A stretch of 64,000 nucleotides of DNA, taken from positions 673 through 64,672 of the forward strand of contig JACRGX010000069.1 of the NCBI GenBank assembly GCA_016212185.1. Reading direction: 5' to 3'. This stretch comes from Nitrospirota bacterium (lineage in GTDB: Bacteria; Nitrospirota; Thermodesulfovibrionia; UBA6902; DSMQ01). This document shows positions 1 to 9,839 of the stretch, in pieces. The position numbers were made by a program, and so were the translations under genes. The number at the start of each line of letters is the position of its first letter. The stretch's first letter is position 1. Under the pieces are notes generated by a model. The model did no database searches. It was not told where the DNA came from and saw only the letters and a program-made list of their open reading frames with translations.

Positions 1-255
1 GCTGACATAGCCTGCAATAATCATCATAAATATCGGGATGCGGATTTTTGGATTAATAAAATTTCTTATTAATGAAACAGTGAGATTGACCATTGTCTGA
101 ACAAAAATGACCGAAACACCCATAAAAAAACCGTTCTTTAAACTGTTGGTAACGGCAATGGAAGGGCATAAACTTATCGCCATTTTAAATATAGTATTTT
201 CGCTGAATATTCCGTTTTTGATTAATTCCCAGTTGCTTTTATGAATGTGTGCCAT
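1..255 (-). CDS. rnfE: Rnf complex subunit E (RnfE/NqrD family), 3' part cut by the window edge
   Basis: Minus-strand translation from ATG at 255-253 gives MAHIHKSNWELIKNGIFSENTIFKMAISLCPSIAVTNSLKNG...IRIPIFMMIIAGYVS, a polytopic RnfE/RnfA-type sequence. It overlaps the rnfG stop and continues the rnfC-D-G order. Confidence 0.8.
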   Translation of the reverse strand, partial: MAHIHKSNWELIKNGIFSENTIFKMAISLCPSIAVTNSLKNGFFMGVSVIFVQTMVNLTVSLIRNFINPKIRIPIFMMIIAGYVS

Positions 256-847
256 GCTGGTGTTCCTTCCCCTGTTCTTCTGTTTTTGCGCCGGACAATT
301 TTCCTTTAAGCATCTCCACGCCCTTTCTTACGCCGTCTTCTGTCACTGCCCGGCTGGAGATTGTAGCGCCTGAAATCGCCTCTACCTTATCCCCTGCTTC
401 TCCTTTTACAACAACAAGCGTATCAACATTTTTGCTTTCAAGGCGTTTCAAAAAATAATCTTTTTCAATCTCATCTCCCAACCCCGGTGTCTCCGCATGA
501 TGCAGAATGCTTACCTTTTTAACCGTAAAATTTTTATCAATTGAAACCAAAAAGTTGATGTAACTTGAATAGCCTTTGCCAAACCCCTCAACTATGTAGC
601 CGAGTTCTTCACTGCCTTTTTTAGCGATATAGTATCCGGCATGCTTATGATGCGGCTCCCACTTGCCTATTTCTTCTATCTTATCCGCCTCAGGCATCAT
701 TGTCTTAAGCGCCGCCTCTTTTTCCTCAAGCCCCTTTTTATACATTACAGGAGACGTCTTTGCGTACACAAAGGCAATAATCAGCCCTCCGATAAGATAT
801 ATCACGATGAGGTTAACGGTTATTTTTGCCATGTCTTTTGGTGTCAT
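239..847 (-). CDS. rnfG: Rnf complex subunit G (FMN-binding domain)
   Basis: N-terminal TM helix and an FMN_bind-type motif (EAISGATISSRAV). Sits between rnfD and rnfE. Confidence 0.85.
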   Translation of the reverse strand: MTPKDMAKITVNLIVIYLIGGLIIAFVYAKTSPVMYKKGLEEKEAALKTMMPEADKIEEIGKWEPHHKHAGYYIAKKGSEELGYIVEGFGKGYSSYINFLVSIDKNFTVKKVSILHHAETPGLGDEIEKDYFLKRLESKNVDTLVVVKGEAGDKVEAISGATISSRAVTEDGVRKGVEMLKGKLSGAKTEEQGKEHQHGTHS

Positions 848-962
848 ATTTTGTTCCTTATTAACTACATCTTAAAAAGAAAAAACTTTTTAAAAAATCT
901 GTGTTAATCTGTGCAATCTGTGGCTAAATTCAGTTTTGTTTTTCTCCGTGCCCTCTGTGGTT

Positions 963-1976
963 TTATGTTTTATCTTTTTTCTTCTTTATCGCCCCGAATT
1001 GATCTGTTTTTATTCCTCTGTCAATCAGCGGGGCAAAGCAGTTCATAAGCAGTATTGCAAACATAACGCCTTCTGGAAAGCCGCCCTTTAACCTTATCAG
1101 CATCGTAATGACTCCGCATCCAATGCCGAATATTACCTGCCCCTTTCTTATTGAAGGGCATGTGACATAATCTGTTGCCATGAAAAATGCGCCGAGCATA
1201 AGCCCGCCGCTTAGAAGATGAATGACCGGGTCGCCGGTAAATAGTGCGCCCTTTCCGCCGAATATCCATGCAAGCGCTGCAACTGTTCCGAGAAATGAAA
1301 AGGGGATATGCCATGTGATATATCCCCTGTAAATGAGGAATGCCGCTCCGAAAAGCAGCGCGATTGCAGATGTTTCACCGAGCGAGCCGCCCCTGTTTCC
1401 GGTAAGGAGCTGCATGTAGAGATGCGCCTTGTCTCCAAAAATTTCCATGAGCTTTCCAATGCCTTCTTCCTTTAAAATGCCCAGAGGCGTTGCAGTTGTT
1501 TTTGCATCCATTTTAATAAAAAGCGCAGTCGGCTCTGTCCACACGGTCATTGCCTTGGGCCATGAAATTAGCAAAAAAGCCCTGCCGATGAGCGCAGGGT
1601 TAAAGATGTTGTAGCCTAATCCGCCGAAAAGCTGTTTTGTAATGATGATTGCCACAAAAGAGCCGACTATCGGGATGTAAAAGGGAATGGATGGCGGAAG
1701 GTTCATTCCAAGGAGAAGCCCTGTTAAAAATGCGCTTCCATCGCTTACCGTGCTGTTTATTTTAAGGGCTTTTTTATAGATGTACTCGGAAAGCACCGAC
1801 GATCCGATGCTGAGCGATAAAATCCAGAGCGCCCTTGGTCCAAAGAAATAAACAGACATTAAAAATGAAGGCAGCAAAGCCAGATTGACAGTCCACATGA
1901 TGCGGCTGACAGACTCCTCGCCTTTTACATGAGGACTGACGGAAACTATTAATTCATGTTCTTTCTTCTCAGCCAA
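963..1976 (-). CDS. rnfD: Rnf complex subunit D (NqrB/RnfD family)
   Basis: Polytopic membrane protein with the conserved C-terminal GGLMLGAFFMATDYVT flavinylation region. Confidence 0.9.
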   Translation of the reverse strand: MAEKKEHELIVSVSPHVKGEESVSRIMWTVNLALLPSFLMSVYFFGPRALWILSLSIGSSVLSEYIYKKALKINSTVSDGSAFLTGLLLGMNLPPSIPFYIPIVGSFVAIIITKQLFGGLGYNIFNPALIGRAFLLISWPKAMTVWTEPTALFIKMDAKTTATPLGILKEEGIGKLMEIFGDKAHLYMQLLTGNRGGSLGETSAIALLFGAAFLIYRGYITWHIPFSFLGTVAALAWIFGGKGALFTGDPVIHLLSGGLMLGAFFMATDYVTCPSIRKGQVIFGIGCGVITMLIRLKGGFPEGVMFAILLMNCFAPLIDRGIKTDQFGAIKKKKDKT

Positions 1977-2040
1977 GTTTTTTCTACCCGTGACCCCTTG
2001 ACACCTTAATTTTTATGGTTCTTCCGACTGTTGTGTGGAT

Positions 2041-2116
2041 GTCATTCCCGCAAGCAAAGCGCGTCGGGAATCCTTTTGAGCACCCCTCGGAAAGATTCCG
2101 GACAAGCCGGAATGAC
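2041..2116. repeat. Nested palindromic element, GTCATTCC...GGAATGAC family, copy 1
   Basis: gtcattcccgcaagc...cgggaatc ... attccggacaagccggaatgac. Lies in the rnfC-rnfD spacer. Same architecture as the copies at 18178, 22425, 28824, 33382 and 48904. Confidence 0.8.
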
Positions 2117-2165
2117 GGATAGGGGATATGTACCCACAGGAATTCCTGAAGAACTATTTTTATGT

Positions 2166-3476
2166 TCACGGTTTCACCATAGACTTTGCCAGTCTTATAA
2201 ACTGCACCATCGGCCTGTTTGAAGGGCAGACGTAGGCGCATGAACCGCACTCAAAACAGTCAAATAAATTGTATTCTTTTGCCTCTTCATAATGACCCTT
2301 TTCAGAAAGGATGCTGAGCATTGAAGGGTTAATCCCCATAGGGCATGCGTCTATACAGCTTCCGCATCTTATGCATGAAAAATATTCTTCAGACGGCACA
2401 TAATCATCATCTGTAAGGGTCAATATACCTGAAGTGCCTTTTACTACTGGGACGTCAAGTCTCCACTGCGCAAATCCCATCATCGGACCTCCGGCTATGA
2501 CCTTAATAACTTTTTCAGAAAGTCCGCCGCACTGTTCTATGAGTTCTGAAACAAGGGTGCCGATCCGCACGAGCAGATTTTTAGGTTTTTTTATGCCATT
2601 GCCGGTTACACTTACGACCCTTTCAATCAGAGGCTTGCCGAAACGCACGGCCTCATAAACTGCAAACGCAGTGCCAACGTTCTGAACTACACACCCAGCA
2701 TCCATCGGAAGCCCTTTGCTTGGAACTTCCCTGCCTTTGACAGCCTTAATCAGCATCTTTTCAGCGCCCTGCGGATATTTCACCGTGAGGGGCATTACCT
2801 CAAGGCACTGCTCCTTTGAAACTGCTGACTTCATCTTTTCAATGGCGTCAGGCTTGTTATTTTCTATGCCGATATAACCGCTGGTTACGCCGAGCGCCTT
2901 CATAATAATCTTTAAGCCGCTGACAATCCCTTCAGACTGCTCAAGCATCAGCCTGTGGTCTGCTGTAAGATATGGTTCGCACTCAGCGCCGTTAAGGATG
3001 ACTGTATCTATTGGTTTTTCCTTAGGCGGCGAAAGTTTGACATTTGTAGGGAAGGCCGCGCCTCCAAGCCCGACTATGCCGGCGTCTTTTATCAGGGTCT
3101 TAATTTCTTCGGCGCTTAGATTGAGATAATCCGGATTTTCTTTTAAGGCGAGGCCCTCGTCGTTTCCGTCGCTTTCAATGACAACGGACTGTATCATCCT
3201 CCCTGATGAATGAGGGAACTCGGCAATTGCCGTGACCTTTCCTGATATGGAGGCGTGGACAGGCGCTGAGACAAAGCCCTGCGCAGAGCCGATTAACTGA
3301 TATTTTTTTACAAGGTTGCCGATTTGAACCTCAGGTTTTGCAGGCGCGCCGGTGTGCTGACTTAACGGGAGCACGACCCTCTTAGGCAGGTCAGCCCTTG
3401 TAATAGGACTGCCTGAAGTTAATCCTTTTGCTTCTGCAGGGTGTATCCCTCTCTCAAAAGTAGCAAACTTGCTCAA
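2166..3476 (-). CDS. rnfC: Rnf complex subunit C (NADH-binding, 2x[4Fe-4S])
   Basis: Two ferredoxin-type motifs (CIRCGSCIDACP, CFECGSCAYVCP), the RnfC N-terminal barrel/SLBB region and a GLGGAAFP nucleotide-binding motif. Confidence 0.9.
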   Translation of the reverse strand: MSKFATFERGIHPAEAKGLTSGSPITRADLPKRVVLPLSQHTGAPAKPEVQIGNLVKKYQLIGSAQGFVSAPVHASISGKVTAIAEFPHSSGRMIQSVVIESDGNDEGLALKENPDYLNLSAEEIKTLIKDAGIVGLGGAAFPTNVKLSPPKEKPIDTVILNGAECEPYLTADHRLMLEQSEGIVSGLKIIMKALGVTSGYIGIENNKPDAIEKMKSAVSKEQCLEVMPLTVKYPQGAEKMLIKAVKGREVPSKGLPMDAGCVVQNVGTAFAVYEAVRFGKPLIERVVSVTGNGIKKPKNLLVRIGTLVSELIEQCGGLSEKVIKVIAGGPMMGFAQWRLDVPVVKGTSGILTLTDDDYVPSEEYFSCIRCGSCIDACPMGINPSMLSILSEKGHYEEAKEYNLFDCFECGSCAYVCPSNRPMVQFIRLAKSMVKP

Positions 3477-3608
3477 TTATCCTAACCTCATTTAGCAGGT
3501 CACAGACCTAACTTATAGAAATACCTGTTTTTGGAAAAAGGAAAAACATTAAAGAATAAAATTTAACAAACTTTAATGTCAAGGGTTTTTTAAGTAGGAG
3601 GGCGACCG

Positions 3609-4967
3609 TTACAGAATATACCTGCTTAAATCCTCATTTTTTACAATATCGGACAGTCTTTCTTTGACATACTTGGCATCTATTTTGACGGTGCCGTTTT
3701 TTCTGTCCGGGGCGTCAAAGGAGATGTCCTCAAGGAGTTTTTCAAGAATGGTATGAAGCCTTCTTGCGCCTATGTTCTCGGTCTTTTCATTTACCTCTTC
3801 GGCAATGCCTGCTATCTCTGCGATTGATTCCTCTTCAAATTTAATCTTAACCCCGTCGGTTTCAAGCAGTGCGATGTATTGTTTGGTCAGCGCATTCTGC
3901 GGTTCTTTAAGAATTCTCAGAAATTCCTTTTTGCCGAGGGCGTCAAGCTCAACCCTGATCGGAAATCTCCCCTGCAGTTCGGGGATGAGGTCAGACGGTT
4001 TTGCCACATTAAACGCCCCTGCGGCTATGAAAAGTATGTGGTCTGTTTTTACGGGCCCATGCTTTGTAGAGACGGTTGAGCCTTCAACAATGGGAAGCAG
4101 GTCTCTCTGCACGCCTTCTCTTGATACATCAGGACCGTAACTTTGTCCTTTGCTTGCTATCTTGTCAATTTCATCAATAAATATGATTCCGTTCTGCTCG
4201 GTCCTTACAAGTGCCTCTTTTATTACCTTATCCATGTCAATCAGTTTATTTGCCTCGTCCTGCACAAGAAGCGTCAGCGCCTCAGGGACTTTGAGCTTTT
4301 TTCTGCGTGCCTTTTGCGGAAGGAAATTACCGAGCATCTCTTTTAAATTCATCTCCATCTCGTCCATGCCGATATTTGAAACAATGCCGAAGGGCACAAC
4401 TTTTTCATGCACTTCAACATCCACATATCTCTGGTCCAGCTTGCCTTCTTTAAGCTGCGTCCTTAATTTTTCACGCGTCTCGGTATAGCTTTCCTTCTCC
4501 TCTTCTGTCTTTGCAATTGTCTCCGCAGTTGCCGGTTTCCTGCTCATACGCGGAAACGGCAGTAAAAGGTCCAGGAGTTTTTCCTCTGCAAGCGTTTGCG
4601 CTTTTTCATAGACTTTTTCCATATGCTCAATCCGGACCATGCTTACCGCCAATCCCGTCAGATCCCTTACCATTGACTCAACGTCCCTGCCTACATAACC
4701 GACTTCTGTGAATTTTGAGGCTTCAACTTTTATAAACGGCGCCCCGACCAGTCTTGCAAGCCTTCTTGCAATCTCGGTCTTGCCTACGCCTGTAGGCCCT
4801 ATCATGAGAATATTTTTTGGAAGCACCTCGTCTCTTAAATCATCCGAGAGCTGCTGCCTCCGCCATCTGTTTCTGAGGGCGATAGCAACGGCCCGTTTTG
4901 CCTTGTCCTGTCCGATTACGTATTTATCAAGCTCTGCAACAATTTTTCTTGGTGTAAGGTTATCCAT
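3609..4967 (-). CDS. hslU: ATP-dependent protease ATPase subunit HslU
   Basis: [34 protein letters not shown] and Walker [16 protein letters not shown]. Directly downstream of hslV. Confidence 0.95.
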   Translation of the reverse strand: MDNLTPRKIVAELDKYVIGQDKAKRAVAIALRNRWRRQQLSDDLRDEVLPKNILMIGPTGVGKTEIARRLARLVGAPFIKVEASKFTEVGYVGRDVESMVRDLTGLAVSMVRIEHMEKVYEKAQTLAEEKLLDLLLPFPRMSRKPATAETIAKTEEEKESYTETREKLRTQLKEGKLDQRYVDVEVHEKVVPFGIVSNIGMDEMEMNLKEMLGNFLPQKARRKKLKVPEALTLLVQDEANKLIDMDKVIKEALVRTEQNGIIFIDEIDKIASKGQSYGPDVSREGVQRDLLPIVEGSTVSTKHGPVKTDHILFIAAGAFNVAKPSDLIPELQGRFPIRVELDALGKKEFLRILKEPQNALTKQYIALLETDGVKIKFEEESIAEIAGIAEEVNEKTENIGARRLHTILEKLLEDISFDAPDRKNGTVKIDAKYVKERLSDIVKNEDLSRYIL

Positions 4968-4986
4968 GAAATAATCTGCCTCCGGA

Positions 4987-5523
4987 TTAAATTAGCTCCT
5001 CTGTTGAAATCTGCTCATTGGTGTAAATGCATATTTTTGATGTAATCTTCATTGCCTCATTAATGATGTCCTTTGCCTCAAGGTTTGAGTGCAGCATAAG
5101 CGCCTTTGCCGCCGCCTGCGCATAGGGACCTCCAGAGCCGATGGCGGCGATGCCGTCTTCAGGCTCAAGCACGTCGCCGTTGCCTGATATGATAAAGGTA
5201 TGCTCCCTGTCCGCTACAATCAAAAGCGCCTCAAGCCTTCTGAGTATTTTATCTGTCCGCCAGTCTTTGGCAAGCTCTACTGCCGCCCGTGTAATATTGC
5301 CCCTGTAGGTTTCAATCTTTGCCTCAAATTTTTCAAAAAGGGTGAACGCATCAGCAGTTGCGCCGGAAAAACCGGCAATTACGTTATCGTTGTACATCCT
5401 TCTGATTTTTTTTGCGTTATGTTTAATTACCGTCTGTCCGAGAGTTACCTGCCCGTCTCCGGCAATTGCTACCTTCCCGTTTTTCCTTACGCAGAGAATT
5501 GTTGTTCCATGAAACATCTTCAT
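4987..5523 (-). CDS. hslV: ATP-dependent protease subunit HslV
   Basis: N-terminal [21 protein letters not shown] (Thr nucleophile after Met processing). 178 aa. Confidence 0.95.
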   Translation of the reverse strand: MKMFHGTTILCVRKNGKVAIAGDGQVTLGQTVIKHNAKKIRRMYNDNVIAGFSGATADAFTLFEKFEAKIETYRGNITRAAVELAKDWRTDKILRRLEALLIVADREHTFIISGNGDVLEPEDGIAAIGSGGPYAQAAAKALMLHSNLEAKDIINEAMKITSKICIYTNEQISTEELI

Positions 5524-5527
5524 CTCC

Positions 5528-6439
5528 TTAATTCTTAACTTTTAACTTTTCACTGTTTTTTGCCCTCGGGTGCGCCTTGTCGTAAACCTCCATGATATGG
5601 GCAATGTCCACATGGGTGTATTTCTGTGTTGTTGAAAGCGATGAATGCCCCAGCAATTCCTGGATTGTCCTCAGGTCAGCGCCGCCGTGAAGCATGTGAG
5701 TCGCACAAGTGTGTCTTAAGGCGTGGGGACCTAAGTGATTCTTAAGCGCGACCATCCTGCTGTACTTTACTACTATACGTCTGACGCTCCTGTCTGTCAA
5801 CCTTTCACCGCGGTTATTCAGAAACAGCGCCTGTGATTTTTTCTTTATTGCGATTCTTTCAGGAAGATAATTCTTAAGCGCATCAACTGCTTTTGACCCG
5901 ATAGGGACTATTCTCTCTTTTTTCCCTTTTCCCTTGACCCTCAAAAGGAACTCTTTCATGTCAAAATCATTCATGTCAAGAGTTGTCAGCTCTGATACCC
6001 TGAGCCCTGATGAGTAAAGGAGTTCAAGTATGGCTTTATCCCTGGACATGCTGAATGTCTCGCCCTTTGGGGCATCTACAAGCGAAAATACCTCGTCAAT
6101 CGTGAGAAATTTTGGCAGGGCTTTAGGAACTTTAGGGCTTGAGACGAGTTTAGCGGGATTTTTTTTGACAATGCCTTCCCTGTTTAGGAACTTGAAGAAA
6201 GACCTGATGGTTGCAAGCTTTCTTGCAATGGAGGTCTTTTTGAGTTTTCTGCTGTAAAGTGATGCAAGAAAGCTTCTTATGTCCAGATTGTCAATTTCCT
6301 GTGGTTTTTTGTCCATAAATGAAAAAAACTCTTCAAGGTCTTTATTGTATGCCCTGAGGGTGTGGATAGATACGTCACGCTCCGCCCTTAGTGAAATGTT
6401 GAATTGCTCAATGTATTTGTTCAAATTTGTTTGCTCCAC
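5528..6439 (-). CDS. xerC: Tyrosine site-specific recombinase XerC/XerD
   Basis: Phage-integrase SAM-like N-domain and catalytic [12 protein letters not shown]...[15 protein letters not shown]. Classical xerC-hslV-hslU synteny. The last codons (SEKLKVKN) are encoded by a word-repeat arm. Confidence 0.8.
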   Translation of the reverse strand: MEQTNLNKYIEQFNISLRAERDVSIHTLRAYNKDLEEFFSFMDKKPQEIDNLDIRSFLASLYSRKLKKTSIARKLATIRSFFKFLNREGIVKKNPAKLVSSPKVPKALPKFLTIDEVFSLVDAPKGETFSMSRDKAILELLYSSGLRVSELTTLDMNDFDMKEFLLRVKGKGKKERIVPIGSKAVDALKNYLPERIAIKKKSQALFLNNRGERLTDRSVRRIVVKYSRMVALKNHLGPHALRHTCATHMLHGGADLRTIQELLGHSSLSTTQKYTHVDIAHIMEVYDKAHPRAKNSEKLKVKN

Positions 6440-6518
6440 TTAAAAATATATTCTAACAGGTCAGAGTTGAGATGGCACAATGTTTTTTTACTCATCCTCC
6501 ATCCTTCAACCTTCATCC

Positions 6519-7712
6519 TTACGATATCCTCATAAAATATCCAGCCAGAGCCGCAAGCAGAATTAATAAAACTCCCTTGATTATTTTCCGGTATATCCCT
6601 GCCATTTCAGCCTTAAAGTACTCTCTTGTAAGCACAAGGCACAGATGGACAGGTGAGAGCAGGACGCCTGTGTAGCCGGAGGCAAATGCAAATGAGATAG
6701 AGGCTATATTCTGCGTATTTTCAAGACCTAAGATTATCGGGAATGTACTGCCTACAAAACCTACTGTCAGCCCTGTGAGCAGTCCTGAAATAAATGGGAT
6801 GATGAAAAGCACCGGCAGTGCAGGAATCCCTTTTTCCGAAAAAAAAGTGCTTATATTTAATACCGCGCCTGAGGCATTGAGCACTGCCTTGAATGTCATT
6901 ACGCCTAAGATGATTGCGATAATCTCAAAGGAAAATCCCTCCCTGATTGTTACCGTGATATCCTTGAAGGAATATCTTAAAAATATGAACAATCCTAAAA
7001 TCACGGCTCCCATGCTCAAAGAGATATCAACATGGAAAAATATCACCATAATTAAAATTAAACTCAGCGGCAGAAAACTCATCAGTCCGCGTACTGTGAT
7101 TGTCTTAAAGCCTTCTTTATGAACTCCCACTCCTTTAAGTCCCCAGAGAATTCCGCCTATGATTAGACAGACGGAGTAGGGCAGGTTTGCAATTATAAGG
7201 CTTCTCAGCGGATATCCAGAAATCGCAGATGCGAGGACAACGCCGGGATAAAGCGGAAGTATGAACTCCCACGGGTGTCTGAACCAGTAATTGATGAACG
7301 CCTTTTTTTCAGGGGAGACTTTAATCTCCTTTGACGCCTCTTCAACCATAGGCGCTGAAAAAAGGGCGCCGCCCATAGACGGCAAAAGCCCTATCAGTGC
7401 AGGCATTGACGCCATCAAAATTCTCCTGTCCATAACCATTCCCCTGAATGAGTCCATCATTTCCTGCATCAGTCCTTTTTCCCTTGTAATGTTTTCAAAT
7501 ATTCTTATCAGTGTAAGGGCAATTGCAAGCATGAGCGTCGTCTTATCAGTGACTGCTTTTAATAAAGCCCTGAGAAAGTCTCCGGGCGCAAGCAGGTAAA
7601 AAACCGACAGGATGACTGAAGATAAAACCATTACAAGCCCTAAGTTCCAGCGCTTTTTCAGCAGCAGGACGATGATTGCGAATACAGCTGTTATTTTCAG
7701 TATGTCAGGCAT
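6519..7712 (-). CDS. Polytopic membrane protein, possibly DUF401 / ion-transporter superfamily
   Basis: 397 aa with about 10 hydrophobic segments and no catalytic motif recognised. The family assignment is from memory only. Confidence 0.45.
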   Translation of the reverse strand: MPDILKITAVFAIIVLLLKKRWNLGLVMVLSSVILSVFYLLAPGDFLRALLKAVTDKTTLMLAIALTLIRIFENITREKGLMQEMMDSFRGMVMDRRILMASMPALIGLLPSMGGALFSAPMVEEASKEIKVSPEKKAFINYWFRHPWEFILPLYPGVVLASAISGYPLRSLIIANLPYSVCLIIGGILWGLKGVGVHKEGFKTITVRGLMSFLPLSLILIMVIFFHVDISLSMGAVILGLFIFLRYSFKDITVTIREGFSFEIIAIILGVMTFKAVLNASGAVLNISTFFSEKGIPALPVLFIIPFISGLLTGLTVGFVGSTFPIILGLENTQNIASISFAFASGYTGVLLSPVHLCLVLTREYFKAEMAGIYRKIIKGVLLILLAALAGYFMRIS

Positions 7713-7723
7713 GAAGTATATTA

Positions 7724-7870
7724 AGTGTCAGAGTGTCAAAGTGTCAAAGTGTTAGAGTGTCAGAGTGTCAAAGCATCAGAGTGTCAAAGCGTCAAAATGA
7801 AAAAATAAAAACAAGTTTTATGCTAAAATTACCGAGTGCCTATCAAAGCGTCAAAGTGTCAGAGTGTCAG
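7724..7870. repeat. Degenerate 8-bp word arrays (GTGTCARA) bracketing a 45-bp unique core
   Basis: Nine tandem units gtgtcaga/gtgtcaaa/gtgttaga/gcatcaga/gcgtcaaa at 7724-7796. Three to four more lie at 7842-7870 in the same orientation. Confidence 0.85.
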
Positions 7871-8747
7871 AAAAAAATCCACTCTCAGAATCGGCAAAAT
7901 TCCGTATGCCAATTTGTTTCCTATTTATCACTATCTTGAGGACAAATGCAGAAATGCAGGATATAAGTTTGTCAAAGGTGTGCCGTCCGCACTGAATAAA
8001 AAGCTGAGAGATGGGGAAATAGACATAAGTCCGTCGTCATCCATAGAATTTTTAAAATGCAGAGATAAATATTCAATCGTACCGTGGCTTTCTTTAAGCG
8101 CCGAAGGCCCTGTATGCAGTATTTTTTTATTTTCAAAATACCCGTTGGAATCGCTTGATAATAAAACCATTGCAGTTTCTTCCCAGTCTGAAACTTCCGT
8201 CGCTCTGCTTAAAATTATTCTCAGGGATTTTTATTCACTCAAGTGCAAATTCACAGAAGTAAACAGCAGTTCTGTCAGAAAGATACTTTCTGATTTTTCC
8301 GCCTGCCTGCTTATCGGAGACGATGCGATGAAGGCGAGAAAGGCCGTAGCCGGCAAGGATGAAGGAACAAAGCTGAAGGATGAAAAACAACTTCTTCATA
8401 ATTCAACTTTCAACCTTCAACCTTCAACCCTCCATGTTTACGACCTTGGTGAATTATGGTTTAAACACACAGGCCTGCCGTTTGTATTTGCACTCTGGAT
8501 TGTAAAGAAGAAGACCCTTTCTGAGAAAAAAGAGCTTATCATAAGCTTCACATCTGATTTAGTTCGGGCGAAGGAGTATGCATACAAAAAATTTTCCCTA
8601 ATTGCAAAACATGCATCCCATAAGAAATGGCTTAGTGAAAAAGAACTTGTTCAGTACTGGAAATGCATTTCGTATGATTTTACGGACAGGCATATGAAAG
8701 GGCTTTGCTTGTTTGAGAGGCATGCACTTGGTAAAAAACGTTTTTAA
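7836..8747 (+). CDS. mqnA: Chorismate dehydratase MqnA (futalosine menaquinone pathway, DUF178/PBP-like)
   Basis: RIGKIPYANLFPIYHYL...GVPSALNKKLRDGEIDISPSSSIEF and C-terminal LPFVFALW. The start is uncertain: GTG at 7836 lies inside the word array. The CDS carries an in-frame repeat insertion at 8354-8433. Confidence 0.75.
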   Translation: MPIKASKCQSVRKKSTLRIGKIPYANLFPIYHYLEDKCRNAGYKFVKGVPSALNKKLRDGEIDISPSSSIEFLKCRDKYSIVPWLSLSAEGPVCSIFLFSKYPLESLDNKTIAVSSQSETSVALLKIILRDFYSLKCKFTEVNSSSVRKILSDFSACLLIGDDAMKARKAVAGKDEGTKLKDEKQLLHNSTFNLQPSTLHVYDLGELWFKHTGLPFVFALWIVKKKTLSEKKELIISFTSDLVRAKEYAYKKFSLIAKHASHKKWLSEKELVQYWKCISYDFTDRHMKGLCLFERHALGKKRF

Positions 8748-8770
8748 ACACACGCCTCTTAATGAAGGTA

Positions 8771-8930
8771 ACAAAGGCATATATCCCTTCAAAACTTTAA
8801 GAATACAACCATAATTATTATCTGTCATGCTGCAAAAAGTTTTAAGCATTTGCTTTCTGAACTATTTGTAAAAAGGCAGCATGACATTTAAGGTGTTGCC
8901 TTAAAGTTTTTCAGGCACACATGCCTTTGT
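8771..8930. mobile_element. MITE-like element, about 160 bp, copy A
   Basis: Terminal inverted repeats acaaaggcatatatcccttcaaaactttaagaatacaac / gttgccttaaagtttttcaggcacacatgcctttgt. Inner inverted repeat gtcatgctgc / gcagcatgac. No ORF. Confidence 0.7.
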
Positions 8931-8953
8931 TATATATTGCTTTTAATACAGCG

Positions 8954-9739
8954 TTACTTCAGCGCATTTAACGCTTTTCTGTGAAGTAATTCATTTGCTG
9001 ATGCAAGGATAGGGGAAATCTTCTCAATACCGACGGGAATCTTATCTAAGCTTTTTCCGTCTAAATCTGTAACAATCCCGCCGGCTTCTTTGACAAGCAG
9101 ATAACCTGCCGCAAAATCAAAACTCCTTGACGGCGAGGGTGTTATAAACATACTGACTGCGCCCTGAGCAAGAAACGACATGTCAAGGGCAGTTGAGCCG
9201 AGGCATCGTGTCCTGTGGAAAAGGGAGAACAGGGGCATGATTTTTGGAATGTCGGTTTTCGGTGTTTGAGCCTCATAAGCGATTACACGGCACAAATCAT
9301 CCTGCTGAGTTTTAATTGACACTCCATTTATGAAACTACCGCCGCCCTTTACTGCCCAGAATTCATCTCCATTAATTAAATTTATCACATAACCTAATTT
9401 GGTATGTTCAAGCGTATCACCTTCAATGACTGCGATTGATGTTGAAAACAAAGGCAGTCCTGATACCGCATTTTTACTTCCGTCAATGGGGTCTATCAGA
9501 AGTTTCAAACCGCCGCCTTTTATGTCTTTAAATCCATATTCTTCTGATATGATTGTAACGGGCTTGTTGATTTTTTCTATTTCCTCAAAGATTATTTCTT
9601 CGGCGCACTTGTCAATGGGATATGTCTTGTCGCCGCCTGCGCCTTTGCCGAGGGGCGCGCCTCCGTAAAATTTCTGCACAAGCGGAGGAAGCTCCTGCCG
9701 CAGGCGTCTGCCGATTTTTCTTAAATCCTCTATATCCAT
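8954..9739 (-). CDS. Inositol monophosphatase / fructose-1,6-bisphosphatase family protein
   Basis: Metal-binding motifs IISEE and LIDPIDGSKNA, plus a C-terminal FDFAAG region typical of IMPase-fold enzymes. Confidence 0.8.
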   Translation of the reverse strand: MDIEDLRKIGRRLRQELPPLVQKFYGGAPLGKGAGGDKTYPIDKCAEEIIFEEIEKINKPVTIISEEYGFKDIKGGGLKLLIDPIDGSKNAVSGLPLFSTSIAVIEGDTLEHTKLGYVINLINGDEFWAVKGGGSFINGVSIKTQQDDLCRVIAYEAQTPKTDIPKIMPLFSLFHRTRCLGSTALDMSFLAQGAVSMFITPSPSRSFDFAAGYLLVKEAGGIVTDLDGKSLDKIPVGIEKISPILASANELLHRKALNALK

Positions 9740-9839
9740 AGTTTATCTTTAGACTCAAGCCTTTTTAAGCTCATGCTCGCTTCCTATAATCATAATCTTT
9801 TTATCTTTTAACACATCCATTATAAAACCATCTCGTCTC

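Noticed and set aside
7724-7870. Possible CRISPR array, given the regularly repeated short units
   Set aside because: The units are 8 bp and directly abutting with no spacers. No cas genes are nearby. The same applies to all the other word arrays.
7733-7939. 68-aa ORF MSKCQSVRVSECQSIRVSKRQ...
   Set aside because: The peptide is simply the translation of the GTGTCARA word array. It has no RBS and overlaps the mqnA start region.
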